A stretch of 32,337 bases of DNA, from IMG/VR virus record IMGVR_UViG_3300036778_000071, positions 1-32,337 of that record, one strand, 5' to 3'. Below, piece by piece: positions 6,652 to 15,384 of this stretch. The notes under the pieces were generated by a model. It saw nothing but the letters and a program-made list of their open reading frames with translations, was not told the origin of the DNA and searched no databases. The position numbers and the translations under genes were made by a program. Numbering within the stretch: position 1 is the first letter of the stretch; each line of letters starts with the position of its first letter. The stretch comes from a virus (Duplodnaviria > Caudoviricetes).

Positions 6652-6911
6652 CCCTTTGGATTGAGCAATTCATTACGCAATACGCGCTCGCTCTTGGCTT
6701 CGCCTGCACGTCCAGCTTGGCAATTTGCGTCGTGGTCTTGTGGCGCATCAATGGCCGCCATCTCGCGTTGGAACGCGAATTGCTTGACGCAATTGACATC
6801 ATGCAAACGACAATTCGCTGCTTGGATCAGGAGAATGACCGGCTGAACGCGATCATTCTCACGACGGGCGGCGTCGAGGGGCGGAAAATGCTGGAACAGC
6901 CGCCGGCATGA
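6648..6911 (+). CDS. Hypothetical membrane protein (one TM segment plus coiled coil)
   Basis: ATGA overlap. Hydrophobic YALALGFACTSSLAICVVVLW followed by a heptad-like tail. Confidence 0.65.
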   Translation: MTLWIEQFITQYALALGFACTSSLAICVVVLWRINGRHLALERELLDAIDIMQTTIRCLDQENDRLNAIILTTGGVEGRKMLEQPPA

Positions 6912-6943
6912 ACAGCAACACAAGCAGTCCGGAGAATTGACCT

Positions 6944-7783
6944 ATGATAACACCGACAAGATTCGCCAGCGGATTCACTGTCATGTCTATTCCATGGGGT
7001 CAGCGCACACGGCAAGTCTGCCGCTACGAATGCCAAGACTGTCGGGCGACAATCGACTATCCGCCGCCCGGCAAGACCTTCGTGAAAGCCGTTGACGTCC
7101 ACCGCAAATTTCTGACCGCCAAAGGCTGGAAACTCAACGGGCATGCGGATCGGGCGACGTGTCCCAATTGCCGCCAGTCCCAAAAGGTCGTTGCGGATGC
7201 GGCCATGGTGATAAGCCCGCCAGAGCCAACCGCGGAAGCCCCGCCAGCCGTGCTACAGGCGCCAATCGCAGCGCCGCCGCCGGCGATAAAAGCTGCCGCC
7301 GAACAGCCGGCAAAACGCGGACGGCCCAAGAAAAGCGCCGTCGTGCTGCCGCCCTGGCCCATTGCGACGCCAGACGAAAGCAGCCCGCCGCCACCAGCCG
7401 CAAAAGCCAAGTCGGCAAAGACCAATCCACCGCCGGCGCCCACGATCCCGCCACTGTTCTTGTTGCCGCAGCCAGAGCGGCCGACTGACGAACAACGCCT
7501 GAAAATCCGCTTTCAACTTGACCACCACTTTGACGACAACACGGGCTGTTATCTCGGTTATCAGACCGACGAAACAATCGCCCTGGACCTCGGCGTGCCG
7601 GCGAGCTGGGTCGCAACCATTCGGGAAGTTGCTTACGGGCCTGTCCGCTCGCAACGCAGCGAGGTCCAAAAGGTGCGCGACGTCATCACCAGCCTCGGCA
7701 AACAGTTGACGGACGCCAGTCTTCGCCTGGCTGCCTTAGAGCGGGCGGTGAACGGGCCGCTGGCGCGAAGCGGGGGCTCCTAG
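6944..7783 (+). CDS. Putative DNA-binding protein: CxxC/CxxC Zn ribbon, Pro-rich linker with AT-hook, C-terminal HTH-like domain and coiled coil
   Basis: CQDC...CPNC; KRGRPKK; TDETIALDLGVPASWVATIRE; GGAG upstream. Confidence 0.7.
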   Translation: MITPTRFASGFTVMSIPWGQRTRQVCRYECQDCRATIDYPPPGKTFVKAVDVHRKFLTAKGWKLNGHADRATCPNCRQSQKVVADAAMVISPPEPTAEAPPAVLQAPIAAPPPAIKAAAEQPAKRGRPKKSAVVLPPWPIATPDESSPPPPAAKAKSAKTNPPPAPTIPPLFLLPQPERPTDEQRLKIRFQLDHHFDDNTGCYLGYQTDETIALDLGVPASWVATIREVAYGPVRSQRSEVQKVRDVITSLGKQLTDASLRLAALERAVNGPLARSGGS

Positions 7784-7792
7784 CCGCAGGCT

Positions 7793-8146
7793 TTGCAGAC
7801 CTATCAAACCAGTCCTTGCGCCGAATGTCCCTGGCGCAAGGACATTCCCCCCGGCCAGTTCTCGCCGCTGCGCTTCATCGCCCTGGCGCACACGGCCTAT
7901 GACATGGCGATGGCGCAATTTGCTTGCCACAAGAGCCCGCCAGGGCTCGAATTCGGCTGTGCGGGGTTTGTCCTGCGCGGCGCGACGCACAGCCTGGGCG
8001 CCCGTCTGGCGGCCAGCCGCGGCACGCTTGAACCGCAAAGGGTGAGCAGCCCGTATCCGCTGTATGCGAACTACCGGGCGATGGCGATTGCCAACGGGGT
8101 CCCGCCGGATGATCCGGCGTTGCTGGGCTGCCGCGACGACGTTTAA
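7793..8146 (+). CDS. DUF6283-like Cys/His-rich protein
   Basis: PCAECPWRKD...FACHKS...CAGF pattern. Confidence 0.7.
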   Translation: MQTYQTSPCAECPWRKDIPPGQFSPLRFIALAHTAYDMAMAQFACHKSPPGLEFGCAGFVLRGATHSLGARLAASRGTLEPQRVSSPYPLYANYRAMAIANGVPPDDPALLGCRDDV

Positions 8147-8275
8147 CGCGCCGGGGCTTTCACCCGGACCAGCATGCTGCATCCCAAACCGCAGCCCGAA
8201 GGCTCGCCTACGCGGCGGGTTTACGCTGACGGACGGCCGCCCGCCGAAGGGGGTGGCTGTACCCGCGCTGCATCC

Positions 8276-8650
8276 CTACGCGGCTGCGGCCGTTCGCATT
8301 CGCCTCTTGGCGGCCTTTACTTCGCCGTTCAGACTGCCGCGGATGTCGCGCAGCATGGACATGCCCTTGCCCGTCCGCTGCACCAGAATCGAGCGTCGAT
8401 CGCCGGGTTCCGGCTTGCGGCGGGCCAAGTCGAATTCTTCGAGACGATCCAGCGCGCGCGTAATGGCGGGTTTCGAGATGTTCAGCCGGGCGGCAAGACC
8501 GCGCACGGTCTGCCCCTGGTCATCGAGATAGCAGATCATGAACACGGCCAGTTGCCGCGACGTGAAATCCGGCCAGTCGCTTCGGACGAGCATGCCGATT
8601 GCGGCGCAGAAGGATGCTTCCCCGGTGGCTTCCATTTCTTGTGTTTGCAT
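8276..8650 (-). CDS. MarR-family winged-helix transcriptional regulator
   Basis: FTSRQLAVF...TVRGLAARLNISKPAITRALDRLEE...DRRSILVQRTGKG. Confidence 0.9.
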   Translation of the reverse strand: MQTQEMEATGEASFCAAIGMLVRSDWPDFTSRQLAVFMICYLDDQGQTVRGLAARLNISKPAITRALDRLEEFDLARRKPEPGDRRSILVQRTGKGMSMLRDIRGSLNGEVKAAKRRMRTAAAA

Positions 8651-8717
8651 GTGCCAACGATAGGACTGGCGAATTAGTTCCGCCAGGGATTAATTGCCAA
8701 CTTAACTGCGGAAGAAA

Positions 8718-8954
8718 CTACCTTTCACGCAAGAGTGAAGGCGGATTTTCCGTCGCGGCTGAAACCGCCAGCATCGCGCGCCACATCGCATCGGCATTGT
8801 TGGCGTGCAGCTCGCCGGCGCTGCACATGCTTTCTGTTGGAACGCGCGGAACAATCTTAAACCCGGCGTCATCCAATCCGGCAACGATACGTTGCATGGC
8901 ATCGTGCGGCAGCCCCATCCGCAAGAACGCAGCTTCCAGCCTGACGCGGCTCAT
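8718..8954 (-). CDS. Hypothetical phage protein (VPRVPTESM...W.AML motif)
   Basis: Motif common in small phage proteins; ATGA overlap. Confidence 0.7.
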   Translation of the reverse strand: MSRVRLEAAFLRMGLPHDAMQRIVAGLDDAGFKIVPRVPTESMCSAGELHANNADAMWRAMLAVSAATENPPSLLRER

Positions 8955-9160
8955 CGGCGTACTAAAGGGAAGACGACATCGGCAACCAACTTGGCGGCGC
9001 GGGCATTCGGCAGTGACTTGCTACAGCAAGGGCACACATCAAGCGTCTCGCCCCGGCCTGAGTCGATGCGAAACCGCTCGCCCTCGCCTTCCAGCCGCAT
9101 GACGCGAAGGCCGTCCATGCGAAGATCGTCGGTCCAGTCAGGAAATTCCGCGTCCGCCAT
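8951..9160 (-). CDS. Hypothetical protein with CPCC (69 aa)
   Basis: Translationally coupled at both ends. Confidence 0.65.
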   Translation of the reverse strand: MADAEFPDWTDDLRMDGLRVMRLEGEGERFRIDSGRGETLDVCPCCSKSLPNARAAKLVADVVFPLVRR

Positions 9161-9468
9161 CAGATTGCTCCCTGCAAATCGTTTACCGTCCCCCGGTGCA
9201 ACGCAATGGCGTCTTCCCAGCTCTCCGTTCGGCCGACGATCCGAACGGACCCGTCGTTGTCAAAAATCGCCGTCTCAAACGGGCTGGCCGCTTCTCTGAT
9301 CCCGGTATCGATCCCGATAAAGACGGTGGTGACGGTGACGGTGCCAACCGTATCGAGCCCGAGCCGGGTCAGATCGTCACCGTCTGCCTCCACCATCCAG
9401 TCCACCCATTCGGTCAACGTTTTGACTTCCACGGGCTTGCGATCCCGCAACACGAACCATCTCGACAT
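9160..9468 (-). CDS. Hypothetical phage protein (102 aa, VTTVFIGID..PFETAIF..W.DA...H)
   Basis: Start moved to ATG 9468 after GGGGGAT. Recognisable motif of a recurrent uncharacterised phage family. Confidence 0.75.
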   Translation of the reverse strand: MSRWFVLRDRKPVEVKTLTEWVDWMVEADGDDLTRLGLDTVGTVTVTTVFIGIDTGIREAASPFETAIFDNDGSVRIVGRTESWEDAIALHRGTVNDLQGAI

Positions 9469-9580
9469 TATCCCCCCTGCCAGGCCGCCGGACTCACAGC
9501 CGCGACAAGCGCCAGTCTTAGTAATTTCGCGCGCAACGGTATTGAACACCACACGTCCGCGTTGCGCAGGGTGCAGACTT

Positions 9581-9597
9581 GCACCTAATTTCGGTGC
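9581..9597. promoter_or_regulatory. Near-palindrome GCACCTAA-T-TTCGGTGC in a divergent intergenic region (putative operator)
   Basis: One mismatch from a perfect palindrome; 15 nt before ATG 9613. Confidence 0.55.
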
Positions 9598-9612
9598 GGG
9601 GAAGAGTGACGC

Positions 9613-10116
9613 ATGGCAAACGATGATGGCAGGCCCGTAAGAATTCGCACGGCGCAGACGGATAAGAAGAAGGCGCTTGACCAGTATCAAGATTTACGAC
9701 GCGCGGGGCGCACAGAGTCCGCGGTCGTTGTCTGCGACATGAAGGACGGCAGCTTGCAAATCCTCGGACAAGGCAAGTCATTGCAAGACATCGCTGTTTC
9801 CTTGGTAACGGCGTTGCGCGCTATCGAACCGCAATTGGATAGGCAAAACGAAGTGCGACCGGAAGCACGCGAAGAACCGGTAAATCGTGGCGAAGTCGTT
9901 GGGATCACGACGCCCACGCGGGCGATCACCACGGCGCCGGACGGAACATTCCAACCGCCGCCGGGCGAGAATTTTATTTCGTGCGGCGAATGCGCGCACC
10001 CGCGTTGGTACGTGTTGAACCATAACGATCAGGATATCCCCGCGCGCTTCGCCTGCGCCGCCTGCGGCAATGAAATCATCCTGCATCGGGTTTTCCACGG
10101 GGAAGGCAACGCGTGA
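9613..10116 (+). CDS. Hypothetical protein with a C-terminal Zn ribbon
   Basis: CGEC...CAAC. Confidence 0.7.
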   Translation: MANDDGRPVRIRTAQTDKKKALDQYQDLRRAGRTESAVVVCDMKDGSLQILGQGKSLQDIAVSLVTALRAIEPQLDRQNEVRPEAREEPVNRGEVVGITTPTRAITTAPDGTFQPPPGENFISCGECAHPRWYVLNHNDQDIPARFACAACGNEIILHRVFHGEGNA

Positions 10117-10117
10117 C

Positions 10118-10501
10118 ATGCCCAGAGTCGAAATTGACGCAGATCAAGTGCTGACCGCGGCGGTGAAGATCACGGCCGAACGAGGGGACAGCCTCATTGT
10201 GATGGATGGTGCTGTGGTCGCCGTGGAGCGCCGGCCGCACCAGCAGAGTGAAGCCCCGAAGGTCAACGGCGCGATGCGCGAGATCACGCCGTTCACAGTC
10301 CTGGATCATCTGAAAAAGGTTGGCCCGGTTACCGCCAGGACAATCGGGGACCACTTCCACCTTGGTCCCGAAGGGCGCCGAGAGCTGAGCCAAGTTATCA
10401 AGATAGGGCTGCACCGGCTGCGGCTGTTCCGGGCGGAAAACGACAGCCGCATACCGCGCTATGTGCCGACCGACTATGGCAACGACACCGGAGGCGCTTG
10501 A
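10118..10501 (+). CDS. Hypothetical protein with a possible C-terminal winged helix
   Basis: Start at ATG 10118; VLDHLKKVGPVTARTIGDHF. Confidence 0.65.
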   Translation: MPRVEIDADQVLTAAVKITAERGDSLIVMDGAVVAVERRPHQQSEAPKVNGAMREITPFTVLDHLKKVGPVTARTIGDHFHLGPEGRRELSQVIKIGLHRLRLFRAENDSRIPRYVPTDYGNDTGGA

Positions 10502-10821
10502 TGGAAAGCAAGAACGCCAAGCAGTTTGACATCCTTTGGCACGACGAAGGCCGGGAGCCGCGCGAAAAGCCCAACCCGCGCTATCCCGAGGGCAAGGATG
10601 TGGACCTCGCGGCGATGATGCATGCCACGAAAGCCTGCATCACGCCCCTGCCCTACCCAGCCAGGCGCATCGGCCATTACCTCATCCATTGTCGGTTCTG
10701 CGGTTTGCGCACCGCCGTGACCACGGCCGGACGGCCCGATGATCCGCGGAGCGTCCGTCTGCCGTGCAAGCCCCGTGACGCATCGACCCAGGAAAAGGTT
10801 GGAGCTGATGGCGAAATTTAA
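10501..10821 (+). CDS. Hypothetical phage protein with CxxC (106 aa)
   Basis: GGAGG RBS, TGATG overlap, HCRFCG. Confidence 0.7.
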   Translation: MESKNAKQFDILWHDEGREPREKPNPRYPEGKDVDLAAMMHATKACITPLPYPARRIGHYLIHCRFCGLRTAVTTAGRPDDPRSVRLPCKPRDASTQEKVGADGEI

Positions 10822-11074
10822 GACCGTCCCCACGTCGCCGGAAGCCGAGGCGTGTCGTCTGGCGCTGACGAATGCGATGCGCCCCTATGCGGATAAACTC
10901 GGTGCGCAAGGCATGCTCGCGGTCGCCGCGGCGCTGGTCGGCCAGTTGATCGCGCTTCAAGACCAGCGATCGATGACGCGGGCGATGGCTATGGAAATCG
11001 TCGCGCGGAACATCGAGAGCGCCAATCAAGGGGTGCTTGACAGTCTGCGCAATGCCCCAGGCGGCCACGCGTAG
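10808..11074 (+). CDS. Hypothetical helical protein (88 aa)
   Basis: GGAG RBS before ATG 10808. Confidence 0.7.
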   Translation: MAKFKTVPTSPEAEACRLALTNAMRPYADKLGAQGMLAVAAALVGQLIALQDQRSMTRAMAMEIVARNIESANQGVLDSLRNAPGGHA

Positions 11075-11106
11075 CAACGCGGCCCCTATACCCCGGAGAG
11101 AACGCC

Positions 11107-11388
11107 ATGCCATCGATCGCCATCCTGGCCGTTGTCGAAACCTACGACGCACGCCTTCAAGACCCCGAAGGGCGGACGAAGGACGAGCTGCGCACCGCCG
11201 CGTGGCAGGCGTTGCGCAGCAACCCGCGCATCGTCGCGATCATGCCCGAGAACGAGGCGCGGCTGATGATGCACGCGCACGACCTCGCCAGCCGGGCAGC
11301 CGGTCATCCCGGCGCGGAAATCGGGGATATTCTACAGGAGTTGCTTCCCGGAGCGCCGTTTCAGCCAGTTGGCGGCAAAAAGGGCTGA
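11107..11388 (+). CDS. Hypothetical protein (93 aa)
   Basis: GGAGAG RBS. Overlaps the Rep-like gene convergently. Confidence 0.6.
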   Translation: MPSIAILAVVETYDARLQDPEGRTKDELRTAAWQALRSNPRIVAIMPENEARLMMHAHDLASRAAGHPGAEIGDILQELLPGAPFQPVGGKKG

Positions 11389-11895
11389 CTGCCGCGCCGC
11401 GATCTCGGCCAAGACCGGGGCCGCCTCGCCCCGATCGGCGGCCGCCGGCGCTCTGGCGGACAAACTGGCTGTGAAATCCAATCGCTTATTTTTCTTACTG
11501 TTTACAAGTGGTTGGAGCGGCGCATCGGGCCGGAACCAATAGGCGTTCGACGTTTGCTCGCTGCGCCAGCCGGCCGAAATCAAGCGACGCTGCCACAACA
11601 GCAGGCCAAAGGCTGCCAAGCGTACCAGGGCACGGCCAACGGTGCGCTCATGGCATTTCGCGCGCTTGGCAATGGCCGCGTGGGACGGATCGCACTGGCC
11701 GTCCGTGCCGACCATATCCACCAATGCCTCGCCGACTTTGACGTGATTGGCTGACAGGCGGTTCACGCCCCGATGGGAGCGAACGAGGAATTTACACCGC
11801 GCCTTTTCCTCGCGGTTCAGGGGCCGACGCGGGCCGTCGCCGTGGATTGATCCGGCGTGCCAAGGCTTCGGATGGGGTGTTTTGTGTCTGTACAA
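11332..11895 (-). CDS. Helix-turn-helix protein resembling alphaproteobacterial plasmid/phage replication initiators
   Basis: CDPSHAAIAKRAKCHERTVGRALVRL...QTSNAY. Start moved to the in-frame TTG at 11895 after GGAGGAG. Confidence 0.65.
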   Translation of the reverse strand: MYRHKTPHPKPWHAGSIHGDGPRRPLNREEKARCKFLVRSHRGVNRLSANHVKVGEALVDMVGTDGQCDPSHAAIAKRAKCHERTVGRALVRLAAFGLLLWQRRLISAGWRSEQTSNAYWFRPDAPLQPLVNSKKNKRLDFTASLSARAPAAADRGEAAPVLAEIAARQSALFAANWLKRRSGKQLL

Positions 11896-11961
11896 AGGAC
11901 TCCTCCCGGCCGGGAGGCGCCCGAAAAAGCACGCAAACCACCAGGTCGAAGGATTCGGGGC

Positions 11962-11990
11962 TTGCAAAATTAATTGCGTCCCTCCATTCT
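11962..11990 (+). promoter_or_regulatory. Promoter antisense to the Rep-like leader
   Basis: TTGCAA-N17-CATTCT. Confidence 0.55.
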
Positions 11991-11996
11991 CCGCTC

Positions 11997-12070
11997 GGGA
12001 ATAGTTGTTGTTTTGGTGGTTTTGGCGCTCGTCCTGGTGTTGCAAGCACCGGTTCGGGCGTCTTCCATTT
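11997..12070 (+). ncRNA. Putative ~75-nt counter-transcribed antisense RNA
   Basis: U/G-rich 5' tail, then hairpin GGCGCTCG..CTGGTG-TTGCAAG-CACCGG..CGGGCGTC and TTCCATTT. Antisense to the Rep-like 5' UTR. Confidence 0.5.
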
Positions 12071-12194
12071 GGCCGTTAGTTCATAGGGTTGCTCCAGTGC
12101 GGACGGACTCGACCGCAGCGGTCAGCTTGCCGCGCTATTACGATTCAACGCAATAGTGTATTTCTTGCGCGCAGATCGCGGGCGAGGTTGCCAA

Positions 12195-12371
12195 ATGGGT
12201 GCGGAAGCGAATTTTGAGACCGCCTATTTCCGGCTGCATGTGGACCTTTTGACCCATGCCAATCGGCTTTTGCGCGAACAGTGCGACGCCCTGCTTTACG
12301 AAAATGAGGTCTTACGGTTCGCGCTCGCACAGGCAAACGGTGCGCGCGTTTACGCCTCGGCCGAGAGCTAG
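12195..12371 (+). CDS. Small coiled-coil hypothetical protein (58 aa)
   Basis: GAGG RBS before ATG 12195; Leu heptads. Confidence 0.5.
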   Translation: MGAEANFETAYFRLHVDLLTHANRLLREQCDALLYENEVLRFALAQANGARVYASAES

Positions 12372-12480
12372 TCGGTCGCGCGTTGTTGCCGGTGCCAATG
12401 GCGGAACGGCTAGACAAAATCATTGATACTGTTTCGAATTCAGCCCAAAATCTCGCTGTTTGATCGCGGAGACTGCACCG

Positions 12481-12918
12481 ATGAACCCGAGTGAGCCGAA
12501 GCGTGTCCTGCACGCGGCCGAAGCCCTGGCAGCCGTCTTTGGCGTGCGGCTGGCGGACCTGTCTGCCGAGGATCGGGCGCTCTATCTCGCCGGCACCACG
12601 GCGGTCGCGACGGCCCTGGCTGAGTTTGACAAGGAGATGCACAGCATCCGGGTCCGCCGCGGCCAGGCTATCGCCCGGCGACGGGGCCATGTAGGCGGCG
12701 GCCGGCAGCGGGTTGCACCGGAAAAGGAGGAAGCGGCGCGGCAAATGCTGCTGGATAAGAAATCCACGCGAGAGGTTCGCGCTGAAACCGGCTTGGGAAA
12801 TTCCGCGATTTCCCGTATCAAGCGTGCATTGGAGGCAACCAATGCACCTTCTGGTAGTCAATCTCGTAGAAATGCCCGCGCCCGTCACGTTCAAGTTCAA
12901 CCAGCAGGCGCAGGCTGA
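12481..12918 (+). CDS. Protein resembling the C-terminal half (alphaE helix plus HTH) of a serine resolvase/invertase, without the catalytic domain
   Basis: ALAEFDKEMHSIRVRRGQAIARRRGHVGGGR resembles resolvase ALAEFERELIRERT.AGL..AR..G..GGR, followed by HTH STREVRAETGLGNSAISRI. No YxRVS motif. Confidence 0.7.
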   Translation: MNPSEPKRVLHAAEALAAVFGVRLADLSAEDRALYLAGTTAVATALAEFDKEMHSIRVRRGQAIARRRGHVGGGRQRVAPEKEEAARQMLLDKKSTREVRAETGLGNSAISRIKRALEATNAPSGSQSRRNARARHVQVQPAGAG

Positions 12919-13183
12919 CGCCTACTACAAACAGATCGTAGAGGCGCAGTCAGACGATCCGCTGACCCCGCTCGAAATCGCCGACGATTTCGGCCACACG
13001 CACACTTTTCGGTGCGGCGACGTGCGACACCACGCGACGATCGACGTGGAAAAGGACATCGAAGGTCAGATCGAAACGTCCGTGTTGCAGAGCCGCGGGC
13101 AGATGCGCGCGCAACAGCGGGTGCAGAACGATGCCGCGCTGCATACGATCATCCCCGCCCAAGGTCTGCGTCTGAACGGATAG
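12842..13183 (+). CDS. Hypothetical protein upstream of TerL (113 aa)
   Basis: GGAGG RBS at 12831, ATG at 12842. Confidence 0.65.
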   Translation: MHLLVVNLVEMPAPVTFKFNQQAQADAYYKQIVEAQSDDPLTPLEIADDFGHTHTFRCGDVRHHATIDVEKDIEGQIETSVLQSRGQMRAQQRVQNDAALHTIIPAQGLRLNG

Positions 13184-13186
13184 CCC

Positions 13187-15085
13187 GTGAGCCGGGGCAA
13201 CTGGCGCCCGCTCTTTTCGCGGTTCGTCGGCGAGCTGCGGATTGCCTCCAAGGAGGTTTCGAGCGGGACCGATCCGCGCGGGGTCCACATGGAGCTGTGG
13301 ACCTCGCAGCAACGCTTCCTGGATATGGTGGTCGATGGCCTGGACGCGGACGTCCATGACTTCTCCTGCCTGAAATCCCGCCAGCTTGGCATCACGACGA
13401 TTTCCCTGGCGATCGATCTGTTCTGGCTGGCGGTGCATCCGGGCATGATCGGCGCCCTGGTCGTGGATACCGAGCCCAACCGCGAAGCCTTTCGGGAAAT
13501 CCTGCGCCGCTACGTGCTGTCGTTCCCCAAGAGCTTTCTGAGCAAATCATTTGTCATCGTGAAGGGCGGCGATAACCGCAACTTCATGAAGTTCAGCAAC
13601 AATTCGCGGCTGGATTTTCTGGTCGCGGGCACGCGGGGCGACAAGGCGAATTGGGGTGAATCCCGCGGCTATGCCCTCGCCCACTGCACCGAAGTGGCCG
13701 CCTACGGCAATCCGGCAGGGCTTGAGTCGTTTGAGGAAGGGTTGGCCGACACCAACCCCGAACGGCTGTTCATGTGGGAATCGACGGCCAAGGGGCTGAA
13801 CCACTGGAAGGACAAGTGGGAGGAAGCGGGCCGCGATCGGTTCACCAAGCGGCGGCTGTTCGTCGGCTGGTGGGCCAAGGCGCTGAACGCGATTGCGACA
13901 ACCGATCGGCGCTTCCCGGTGTACGGGTTGGAGCCGCCGGACGAGGAAGAGCGCGAGCTGATCGGCCGGGTGCGCGACGAATACGATTGGGAGATCACGC
14001 CGGAACAGCTCGCCTGGTATCGCTGGCGCGCGTCGTCGGTGTCGCAGACCTCGGCCAGCCTGGATCAAAACCAACCGTGGCATGCCGAACAGGCGTTCGT
14101 GCTGTCAGGGTTTTCGTTCTTCCAAATCCGCAAGATTCAGGATCGGTTTGAAGAGATATCCTCGGCCAATCCGCCGATTGAATACGAGGGGTTTCGCTTC
14201 TGGCTGGGCAATGACTTCTTCGCCTCGAAAATGGAGAAAATCTTCTCCATGGACCGCCGGCATGAGGTCGAGCTGCGGGTGTGGGAACAGCCGGTCAAGG
14301 ACGCCACCTATGTGATTGGGTGCGATCCGGCGATGGGCCGCAACGAAAACAAAGACCGCCATTGCGTCAGCGTGTGGCGCTGCTTCGCGGACAGGCTGGT
14401 CCAGGTCGCCGAGTATGCCGACAATTCCGTGGAGACGCGGCAGGCGGCGTGGGTCCTCGCGTTCCTCGCCGGCGCCTACCGCAATTGCATGATTAACCTC
14501 GAAATCACCGGCGGCTACGGCCAGACCGTGATGACCGAGATGGACAATATCCGCAACCAACTGCGCGCCGAGGTCTATGCGCAGAAGGTCCAAGAGTTCG
14601 GCTGGGGCGATTTCCTGAACACGGCGCGGTGGTACCTCTACCACAAGCCCGACTCTCCGAGCGCCGGCTACGTCTACAACTGGAATTCCACGTTCGACGC
14701 CAAAAACCGCATGCTCTCGTCCTTCCGCGACGCGCATGTGACCGATGTCCTGGCGATCCGCTCCATCCTGCTGCTCGATGAAATGTCGATCGTCGTCCAG
14801 GACGGGGGCGAAATCGGCGCACCAAACAAGCAGAAGGACGATCGGGTGTTTGGCGCGGCGCTCGCCTGCGAGGCGTGGAACCGTTGGTTCCGGCCGGTGA
14901 TGTTGGCTGAGGGCTATCTGTATGACGTCACCATAGCCCGCGAGCGCGGCGAACTGTCGGTGACGCAAAGCCTGGTGGGGCGCCTGGTGCAAAACACGCT
15001 CAAGAAAATGGGCGAGGCGGCCGAGGAAGAGATGGCGACAGACAGCCAGCGGTTTTTCCTGGTGGATCGGGGGATGAAACTATGA
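13187..15085 (+). CDS. terL: Terminase large subunit
   Basis: Walker A-like KSRQLGITT, Walker B AHCTE, coupling motif ESTAKG, RNase H-like YVIGCDPA and KDDRV. Confidence 0.93.
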   Translation: MSRGNWRPLFSRFVGELRIASKEVSSGTDPRGVHMELWTSQQRFLDMVVDGLDADVHDFSCLKSRQLGITTISLAIDLFWLAVHPGMIGALVVDTEPNREAFREILRRYVLSFPKSFLSKSFVIVKGGDNRNFMKFSNNSRLDFLVAGTRGDKANWGESRGYALAHCTEVAAYGNPAGLESFEEGLADTNPERLFMWESTAKGLNHWKDKWEEAGRDRFTKRRLFVGWWAKALNAIATTDRRFPVYGLEPPDEEERELIGRVRDEYDWEITPEQLAWYRWRASSVSQTSASLDQNQPWHAEQAFVLSGFSFFQIRKIQDRFEEISSANPPIEYEGFRFWLGNDFFASKMEKIFSMDRRHEVELRVWEQPVKDATYVIGCDPAMGRNENKDRHCVSVWRCFADRLVQVAEYADNSVETRQAAWVLAFLAGAYRNCMINLEITGGYGQTVMTEMDNIRNQLRAEVYAQKVQEFGWGDFLNTARWYLYHKPDSPSAGYVYNWNSTFDAKNRMLSSFRDAHVTDVLAIRSILLLDEMSIVVQDGGEIGAPNKQKDDRVFGAALACEAWNRWFRPVMLAEGYLYDVTIARERGELSVTQSLVGRLVQNTLKKMGEAAEEEMATDSQRFFLVDRGMKL

Positions 15086-15384
15086 GCGACACAATCGACG
15101 CGCCGGGCTGGACCCGGAAAGACGGCAAACTGCACCTGTCCGGGTATGACGACGTGACCGTCAGTTATGAGGCGTCAACGTTGTCAGGGGCGCCGTTCAT
15201 CGGCTTGGTCGGCGCGGTGCGCTACGAACACCTCTACGTGGAAGATGCGTTGGATTGGGCCGAACGCGTCGCCGCCGGGCGCAAGCTGATGACCACGGAT
15301 GGGCCGCTCCCTGCCAGTCCCGAGGCGGACGAAGAGACCCCCTCGCAGCCCTATTACGTCAACAACCGAGGATTACGGCTATGA
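15082..15384 (+). CDS. Hypothetical protein (100 aa)
   Basis: ATGA overlap with terL. Confidence 0.65.
   Translation: MSDTIDAPGWTRKDGKLHLSGYDDVTVSYEASTLSGAPFIGLVGAVRYEHLYVEDALDWAERVAAGRKLMTTDGPLPASPEADEETPSQPYYVNNRGLRL

Noticed and set aside
8690-8706. CtrA box upstream of the MarR gene
   Set aside because: The sequence is TTAA-N8-TTAAC, whereas the consensus spacing is N7.
11896-12045. N-terminal extension of the Rep-like ORF to 12045
   Set aside because: A strong RBS precedes TTG 11895, and the extension overlaps the structured leader.
12481-12918. Active invertase with an invertible segment
   Set aside because: No catalytic serine domain and no flanking inverted recombination sites were seen.
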